Shown: positions 48,554-54,395 of the stretch, in pieces
Numbering within the stretch: the first letter of the stretch is position 1
Layout: each line of letters begins with the position of its first letter
Assembly (NCBI GenBank): GCA_001779315.1
Contig: MFJU01000025.1
Span: 1 to 54,395 of the forward strand
From: Candidatus Gottesmanbacteria bacterium RIFCSPLOWO2_01_FULL_42_22
GTDB taxonomy: Bacteria > Patescibacteriota > Microgenomatia > 2-02-FULL-39-11
Length of the DNA: 54,395 bases
Direction: 5' to 3'
Notes under the pieces: generated by a model
The model's input: only the letters and a program-made list of their open reading frames with translations
Told to the model about the DNA's origin: nothing
The model's database searches: none
Translations under genes and position numbers: made by a program

Positions 48554-49663
48554 ATGAGACCTTTTAAAGCAGTTATTTCAGGCGGACATCTGACTCCGGC
48601 AATTGCCCTGATTGAGAATTTAGAAAAGCGCGGTTTTTCTCTTTTTTATTTCGGCCGCAAGTTTGCCATGGAAGGCAGCCAATCTGCTTCATTTGAAAGG
48701 AACTATGCCCGGAAATACAGGCTTCAGTTTATTGAAATAGACAGCGGAAAATTTCCCCGTTATTTTACCTGGTATTATTTTTTATCATTGTTTAAAATTT
48801 TCTCCGGTTTCTGCCGCTGTTTCCTTTATTTGCTGAAAATCCGGCCGGATATTATCGTTTCCTTCGGCGGTTTTTTGAGTTTTCCTTTGTCTTTAGCCGG
48901 AAAAATTCTAGGTATTCCGGTAGTAATTCATGAACAGACAAGAGTTTTCGGGTTATCAAACAGAACTATAGGAAAAATTGCCGATAAAATCTGTTTGTCA
49001 TATAATCCGACTTTAAAAGTTCCCAGTCATTTAAAAACCACGGTTACAGGTATACCTTTGCGCCGGTCCATTTTAACTCCGGTAAAATATTTTGTTCCGG
49101 GTAATAAGGAGAAACCGCTGATTTATATAACCGGTGGCAGCCAGGGATCGCAATCGATAAACCTTTTTTTACTTAAAGTTATTCCGCTGTTTTTAAAAAA
49201 ATACAGGATTATTCATGCGGTCGGTCAAAGCCAGTCGGAGTCAGTTTTCCAAAAAATCAAATCCTTTAAAAATACTTTGCCTTTAAATATAAAGGAGGAT
49301 TATACTATAGAAAAATCAGTTGAACCGGATAAGGTGGGCAGTATTTTAAGACAGGCTGATCTGGTTATCAGCCGTTCAGGGGCCAATACCGTTGCCGAAT
49401 TATGTTTTTTCCGCAAAAAAACCATACTTATTCCCTTGCCGTGGTCGGCTGAATCAGAACAGAGAGAAAACGGACTCTTTCTGGTAAAAACGGGTCTAGC
49501 TAAGATTCTTGATCAAAACAAACTGACTCTGTCTTTATTAAAAGAAGCAATTGAAGAAATGATGATTTTACCTTATGAGCCTAAGAAGAGTGATGTAAAA
49601 TTAATATTTGACCCCCGGGCAGAAAATCTGGTTTCTGAAATCGAAACTTATTTAATTAGGTGA
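48554..49663 (+). CDS. murG: Lipid II GlcNAc transferase
   Basis: GGHLTPA, FGGF, HEQ, TGIPLR, TGGSQG, RSGANTVAE, EQRENG. Confidence 0.92.
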   Translation: MRPFKAVISGGHLTPAIALIENLEKRGFSLFYFGRKFAMEGSQSASFERNYARKYRLQFIEIDSGKFPRYFTWYYFLSLFKIFSGFCRCFLYLLKIRPDIIVSFGGFLSFPLSLAGKILGIPVVIHEQTRVFGLSNRTIGKIADKICLSYNPTLKVPSHLKTTVTGIPLRRSILTPVKYFVPGNKEKPLIYITGGSQGSQSINLFLLKVIPLFLKKYRIIHAVGQSQSESVFQKIKSFKNTLPLNIKEDYTIEKSVEPDKVGSILRQADLVISRSGANTVAELCFFRKKTILIPLPWSAESEQRENGLFLVKTGLAKILDQNKLTLSLLKEAIEEMMILPYEPKKSDVKLIFDPRAENLVSEIETYLIR

Positions 49664-50343
49664 AAAGACGTATTCGAGTTTTATGGGCACTTCCGATTTT
49701 GCTGACGGTATTTATTTCCGGAATATTGTTTTTATCTGATTTTTTCCGGATAAAAAAAGTTATCGTTATTTCCAACTATACAGAAATCCGGGGTTTAAGC
49801 CAGTTATTTTCGGAAAACTACCTTTCCCTAAACGAGGAAGTTACGGCTCAAAAATTATTAACCGTTAATCCCTTAATAAAAAATATTAAAATCAGCAAAA
49901 CATTTCCTCAAACTTTGACTTTAAATGTATTCTGGCGCAAGCCGCAGGCAAAAATCTTATTAGACGATAAAATTATTCTTATCGATGAAGAAGGCAAAGC
50001 GTCAGTGGGATATCCGGACGGATTAACGGAAATAGCGGGCACGAAAATTACTCTTCCTGCTTCAGGCGGTACAGATTGGCGGATACTCAAGTCGGTAAAT
50101 TATATTACTGTTTTGTCAAAATCCAGCATAAGGGTAAATAATATCTACATTTTTGATGAGGAGTCTATTTTTATTTTGGAGCTGGCTGATGGTGAAGAAG
50201 TGAAGATTCCTTTTCAGACCGACCCGGATCAAGTTTCGGCCTCTTTACAAGTAATAATCTCTAGGTTTAGAATAGAGGGGAAATTCATTTCCAGTATCGA
50301 TTTCCGTTTTGACAAGCCCTTGGTAGTTTTAAAGAATGAATAA
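49660..50343 (+). CDS. ftsQ: Cell division protein FtsQ/DivIB
   Basis: TM, POTRA-like FP.TL, IDFRFDKP; lies directly before ftsA. Confidence 0.78.
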   Translation: MKRRIRVLWALPILLTVFISGILFLSDFFRIKKVIVISNYTEIRGLSQLFSENYLSLNEEVTAQKLLTVNPLIKNIKISKTFPQTLTLNVFWRKPQAKILLDDKIILIDEEGKASVGYPDGLTEIAGTKITLPASGGTDWRILKSVNYITVLSKSSIRVNNIYIFDEESIFILELADGEEVKIPFQTDPDQVSASLQVIISRFRIEGKFISSIDFRFDKPLVVLKNE

Positions 50344-50371
50344 AAAAATTTAACGGCAGACTTTTTTTAAA

Positions 50372-51697
50372 ATGAATAAAAAAATAATCGCCGGAATCGA
50401 TATCGGCAGCTCCAAAATAACCACCCTGATAGCCTCTGTCCCGGAAATCGGATTAGTAAATATTATGGGTGTATCCACTAATCAGAGCCGGGGAATCCGC
50501 AAGGGTCAGATTGTTGACATCGAAGAAGCCACGAGCGGAGTCGTCCAAAGTTTGGAAGCAGCTGAAAGGATGGCCGGTTATTCCATATCCTCTGCTTTTT
50601 TCTCAATCGGCGGAGCGCATATTGCATCACAGAATTCCCATGGTGTGGTAGCGGTGGCTGAACCGAACAAAGAAATTACTCCGGATGATGTGCGCCGGGC
50701 AGTTGAGGCTGCCAGGGCAGTTTCTCTGTCTTCAACCAGAGAGATCCTCCATGTAATTCCGCGGGAATTTATCGTGGACAGCCAGGAAGGTATCAAAGAT
50801 CCGGCCGGCATGACCGGGGTGAGGCTGGAAGTAAACACGCATTTAATCACAGCCGGTTCGACCAGTTTGAGGAATCTGGAGAAATGCGCTTCACTAGTTG
50901 GGGTCGATGTAGACGGTTTTGTTTTTAACGGACTGGCGGCAGCGACTTCGGTTTTGACGGAAACAGAAAAAGAATTAGGAGTGGTCTTGGTGGATTTAGG
51001 AGCCGGTACTATGGATATCTGCATATTTATCGACGGAGCACTGGCCTATTCCTCGGTCTTACCGATTGGTGCCAGGAATATTACCAATGATTTGGCTATA
51101 GGCTTAAGAATTTCTTTGGAAAGCGCTGAAAAGATCAAAATCTTATTAAACCAAAAAGTCAATCAGCCGGCATCCCCGGAAAACCTCCATTTCTCATCTG
51201 AGCCCCAGGCACCTCCCAAACGTGAAAAATACCGGGAGGAGGCAGATGATATTGATTTAACCTCTCTGAATTTGACGGAAGGGGTCAATAAAGTCTCCAA
51301 AAAAACGCTGATAGACGGTATTATCAAACCGCGCTTGAATGAAATTTTTACTATGGTGGGCTTGGAAATTAAAAAAAGCGGCTTCGGCGGATTAACTCCC
51401 GCAGGGTTGGTTGTTTGCGGCGGCGGAGCCGATACAATGGGCATCATTGAAGCAGCCAGGCGCAACCTGGCTATGCAGGTCAGGATCGGTACTCCCAATA
51501 ATATTACCGGACTGATTGATGAAATCATCCATCCTTCATATGCGGTAGCATCAGGTTTGATACTTTACGGTGCTAAATCAGGCATTGTCAGTAAAGAAAA
51601 GTTTAATTTGGGAAAACTGTCAAAATATGTGGATGCTGTGCCTGTACAGGGGGTTGTCAAGAAAGTCGTTGATTTGGTAAAATCTTTTCTCCCGTAG
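50372..51697 (+). CDS. ftsA: Cell division protein FtsA
   Basis: GIDIGSSK, AERMAG, GVRLE, VDLGAGT, ITNDLA, AEKIK, GGGA, amphipathic C-terminus. Confidence 0.96.
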   Translation: MNKKIIAGIDIGSSKITTLIASVPEIGLVNIMGVSTNQSRGIRKGQIVDIEEATSGVVQSLEAAERMAGYSISSAFFSIGGAHIASQNSHGVVAVAEPNKEITPDDVRRAVEAARAVSLSSTREILHVIPREFIVDSQEGIKDPAGMTGVRLEVNTHLITAGSTSLRNLEKCASLVGVDVDGFVFNGLAAATSVLTETEKELGVVLVDLGAGTMDICIFIDGALAYSSVLPIGARNITNDLAIGLRISLESAEKIKILLNQKVNQPASPENLHFSSEPQAPPKREKYREEADDIDLTSLNLTEGVNKVSKKTLIDGIIKPRLNEIFTMVGLEIKKSGFGGLTPAGLVVCGGGADTMGIIEAARRNLAMQVRIGTPNNITGLIDEIIHPSYAVASGLILYGAKSGIVSKEKFNLGKLSKYVDAVPVQGVVKKVVDLVKSFLP

Positions 51698-51721
51698 GGA
51701 ATATAATAAAAATAAAAACTT

Positions 51722-52825
51722 ATGCTCATTAAACCGGATATTGCCAGATTCGCCAAAATAAAAGTAGTCGGTATCGGCGGAGGAGGCTGTAATGCGGTCA
51801 GCTCCATGATTTCCTCAACCCAAATTACGGGAGTTGATTTCATCGGCGTTAACACAGATGCCCAGGCTCTCTTAACCTGCCAGGCTCCGGTCAAAATCCA
51901 AATCGGTGATGATTTGACCAAAGGTTTAGGAGCAGGTGGAGATCCGGAGATCGGCCGGCAGGCGGCTGAAGAATCAAAGGAAAAAATCAGGGAAGCTTTG
52001 GTTGATTCGGATATGGTTTTTTTAACCTGCGGAGAAGGCGGGGGAACCGGTACCGGAGCCACACCCATCATTGCCGAAATTGCCCACGAAGCCAATACTT
52101 TAACTGTCGCGGTAGTCACCAAACCCTTTTCCTTTGAAGGCACAAGAAGAATGCTGGCAGCTGAAGAAGGGATTTTAAACCTCAAGGATAAAGTCGATAC
52201 CCTGATTGTCATTCCCAATCAGAGAATTCTGGATGTAGTTGATAAAAAAATGACTTTGGTTGACGCTTTTAAAATAGTTGATTCGGTTTTAGGCCAGGGA
52301 GTGACCGGCATTTCAGACCTGATCACAATGCCTGGGCTGATCAATGTCGATTTTGCCGATGTCAGGACGATCATGAAGAGCGCCGGATCAGCACTCATGG
52401 GTATCGGGACCGGAGTCGGCGAGAACCGTGCCGCCTCGGCTGCACGAATGGCTATATCCTCGCCTCTTCTGGAAATTTCCATTGACGGAGCCAAGGGTGT
52501 TCTCTTTAATATCACCGGCGGGTCAGACCTGACTATGACCGAAGTGGATGAAGCCGCCAAACTGATTGCGGCAGCTGTTGATAATGATGCCAATATCATC
52601 TTCGGCGCCACCATCGATGAGCAGATGGTTGATCAGGTGAAAATTACGGTGGTCGCGACAGGCTTTGATGAAACTAAAAGAAGACTTCAGGAACTGTCAC
52701 TTAAAAGCGAACCGATCGTGGAAGGAACCGATTCATCAGAAAGCGCTTCAACCCCTGCTCCCTCCAATAACGGTGAAGAGGATGAATGGGACATCCCCGC
52801 ATTCCTGAGACAGGGGAAACACTAG
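51722..52825 (+). CDS. ftsZ: Cell division protein FtsZ
   Basis: [28 protein letters not shown]-terminal DIPAFLR. Confidence 0.98.
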   Translation: MLIKPDIARFAKIKVVGIGGGGCNAVSSMISSTQITGVDFIGVNTDAQALLTCQAPVKIQIGDDLTKGLGAGGDPEIGRQAAEESKEKIREALVDSDMVFLTCGEGGGTGTGATPIIAEIAHEANTLTVAVVTKPFSFEGTRRMLAAEEGILNLKDKVDTLIVIPNQRILDVVDKKMTLVDAFKIVDSVLGQGVTGISDLITMPGLINVDFADVRTIMKSAGSALMGIGTGVGENRAASAARMAISSPLLEISIDGAKGVLFNITGGSDLTMTEVDEAAKLIAAAVDNDANIIFGATIDEQMVDQVKITVVATGFDETKRRLQELSLKSEPIVEGTDSSESASTPAPSNNGEEDEWDIPAFLRQGKH

Positions 52826-52829
52826 GACG
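52781..52829 (+). repeat. Direct repeat copy 1 (attL-like): functional ftsZ 3' end plus GACG
   Basis: GATGAATGGGACATCCCCGCATTCCTGAGACAGGGGAAACACTAG GACG encodes [14 protein letters not shown]. Confidence 0.9.
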
Positions 52830-52873
52830 GCATACTGGAGATATTCTTTCATCCTGTTATTTCTAAAATGAAA

Positions 52874-53917
52874 TCAAACTCTCTGTTTATTTATTTTCTT
52901 GATGTATGATTGAAGCTGACAACCAACCAGAAAATCTTGACCTGCTATACCTAACTCTGTTGTTTTCGCTTGTGAACCGAAATAAGTGTGATTTGTTGTG
53001 CCAACAAACCACCAAAACTGTCCCGCATTCTCCATCAATATAAATTTAGCATGAAATTGGTTACCTGTTGGTTGATAGATATTATAATCAATTCCATTCG
53101 TATCCCTCTGAAAACGATATTTGGAGGCAATTTTTGTTAGACTATGAGGAATTTTTTTGAGACTTTCAATTTCATACGGTCTATTTATCAGCATATTAAC
53201 TTCGCATCCATTCATCGATGCTTCACGTATTGAATTCACCAATTCATCAGGATGCCAAGATGATACTATCCACAATGTTGTTTCAGGTTGTATTCTTTTT
53301 ATTATTTCTTCTTCTGCATATTTTGAAAGATATCCTTCAGTTGTATTTCCAGAATCAAATACTAAATCAAGCCCATTAACAGCCTGTTTCCATTTGTTTG
53401 GACCATTTTCAAAATCCCAAAATGCTATGATTTTCATCATTTGCACAATTTCTGGTTGTGTTATTTTGATAAACATTTCCTCTCTGTTAAAAGATGGTTC
53501 CGCAAAATCGAAACAAGATAGATAGGCTTCTTCTCCCAATAAAATTATCCTTACATGATTTCTGCCAATAAAAGAACCTGCAAAAGGAAAATCTGTATAC
53601 CGCTCATGAGTATATCTGACTTGACTAATATTATCGTGATCTCCAAAATCTCTAAAATATTTATTAAAATCATTTCTCGCACTTGAATCTACATTTATTA
53701 TTATTCTAGAGGTATTCGAATTTAACAGTCTTTCAAATAAATTATTACATCTTTCTCCAGGGACAAACTGTCTTGACTGGAGAATTAAGTGAGGATAAGC
53801 TGTGTTCGTTCGTAATTTGCTGCTTATTTCTTGTGTTACCTCGTTAAGTGACAATAGACTTATACCGCAATCTTGAAATATTGCTTTAGGTTCCTCTAAT
53901 CTGAATTGTTCAAACAT
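52874..53917 (-). CDS. Phospholipase D superfamily protein with tandem PLD-like domains
   Basis: C-terminal FHAKFILME...VGTTN...TE (HxKx4E variant); degenerate N-terminal NHVRIILL. ATG 53917 preferred because the TTG 53938 reading runs through a -10 box. Confidence 0.72.
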   Translation of the reverse strand: MFEQFRLEEPKAIFQDCGISLLSLNEVTQEISSKLRTNTAYPHLILQSRQFVPGERCNNLFERLLNSNTSRIIINVDSSARNDFNKYFRDFGDHDNISQVRYTHERYTDFPFAGSFIGRNHVRIILLGEEAYLSCFDFAEPSFNREEMFIKITQPEIVQMMKIIAFWDFENGPNKWKQAVNGLDLVFDSGNTTEGYLSKYAEEEIIKRIQPETTLWIVSSWHPDELVNSIREASMNGCEVNMLINRPYEIESLKKIPHSLTKIASKYRFQRDTNGIDYNIYQPTGNQFHAKFILMENAGQFWWFVGTTNHTYFGSQAKTTELGIAGQDFLVGCQLQSYIKKINKQRV

Positions 53918-53929
53918 ATGCTGGGTGGA

Positions 53930-53957
53930 ATTATACAATTTTTTCTTATTTTATCAA
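53930..53957 (-). promoter_or_regulatory. sigma70 promoter of the PLD gene
   Basis: Minus strand TTGATA-16 nt-TATAAT, 12 nt before ATG 53917. Confidence 0.6.
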
Positions 53958-53974
53958 CCTAAATATCAACCTAA
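53952..53974. repeat. Tandem 11-bp direct repeat TATCAACCTAA x2
   Basis: Exact copies at 53952-53962 and 53964-53974, overlapping the -35 of the PLD promoter. Confidence 0.7.
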
Positions 53975-54089
53975 TTTTTTTCTTAAATATTTTTATAAAA
54001 CCTGATATCTTTTTAATCGTCCTGTTAAGACATAGATATGAGTTTTTTGTTAGTAGATTTTCAGAAAGATATTGAAATTATAAGCTGAC

Positions 54090-54138
54090 GATGAATGGGA
54101 CATCCCCGCCTTCCTGCGCCAAGGCAAGCATTAAGACG
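54090..54138 (+). repeat. Direct repeat copy 2 (attR-like): displaced, untranslated ftsZ 3' end plus GACG
   Basis: GATGAATGGGACATCCCCGCCTTCCTGCGCCAAGGCAAGCATTAA GACG encodes the same peptide; 37/45 nt identical to copy 1. Confidence 0.9.
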
Positions 54139-54368
54139 TCCAAATACACTATCCCTCTCAAATCCACACCGGTGATTGTACGACTAATTTTTATTTTTGA
54201 ATATATTTAGTAAAAAAATGAAATCACTATTTATCTGAGAGTATTGTTATATAAACCAAAAAGGTGAAAAAATTGATTAAGAATTTTAAATTTGCTATAT
54301 AAGTGCCCAGGTCCAAACACATCCCGTAGACTTCATTAACTATGAACGGCAGGTATAATGGTGCCTCT

Positions 54369-54395
54369 ATGAAAGCTCATTTCATTCTTCCGGGA
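54369..54395 (+). CDS. Possible start of the next gene (MKAHFILPG..., truncated by window edge)
   Basis: ATG 9 nt after TATAAT (54354-54359); frame open to the window end; too short to identify. Confidence 0.3.

Larger units (their letters stand above)
52781..54138. mobile_element. Minimal integrase-less islet inserted at the ftsZ 3' end (1309-bp repeat-to-repeat unit)
   Basis: Flanked by duplicated ftsZ tails. The interior is AT-rich, has no CCGG that I could find (ftsZ has about 10), and carries one antisense gene. Confidence 0.7.

Noticed and set aside
51565-52614. Long antisense ORFs opposite ftsZ (also opposite murE, murA, murF, ftsA)
   Set aside because: Shadow ORFs of conserved genes with no recognisable motifs.
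54081-54134. Second ftsZ tail as an expressed FtsA-binding decoy peptide
   Set aside because: An in-frame TAA at 54081-54083 and no start codon before the motif. The ATG at 54091 is in another frame and gives a short ORF with no recognisable features.
52781-54134. ftsZ tail pair as a DGR template/variable repeat
   Set aside because: Mismatches are not confined to adenines, all are silent, and there is no reverse transcriptase in the window.
1-54395. CRISPR array, tRNA/rRNA, IS or integrase genes, clear intrinsic terminators
   Set aside because: No repeat-spacer pattern, RNA-gene signature, transposase/recombinase ORF or convincing hairpin plus U-tract seen by eye. A covariance-model scan is needed to exclude small RNAs.

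Overview
A gene-dense bacterial window, almost all on the + strand and using the standard code (TGA is a stop). Gene content and style suggest a Patescibacteria/CPR genome, probably Microgenomates-like; that placement is inferred, not searched. It has four parts. (1) Bases 1-25.2 kb are a large surface-glycan locus: GT2 and GT4 glycosyltransferases, several GT-C-type membrane transferases, an O-antigen-ligase/GT-C fusion, methyl- and acetyltransferases, a YIDPGTG microprotein + NoeA-like + sulfatase-like module, ManC, a priming transferase and DUF4012. (2) recO, glyQS and two membrane proteins. (3) An expanded division/cell-wall cluster from mraZ to ftsZ. It lacks murD and ddl, has truncated or membrane-anchored MurE/MurF and a variant MraY, and includes an alpha/beta hydrolase, a DegT aminotransferase and a FemAB protein. 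(4) A 1.3-kb AT-rich, integrase-free insert with one phospholipase-D-superfamily gene, lying between two synonymously recoded copies of the last 15 codons of ftsZ. The ftsZ-tail cassette and the atypical peptidoglycan module are the strongest candidates for undescribed biology. I saw no rRNA, tRNA, CRISPR array or transposase.
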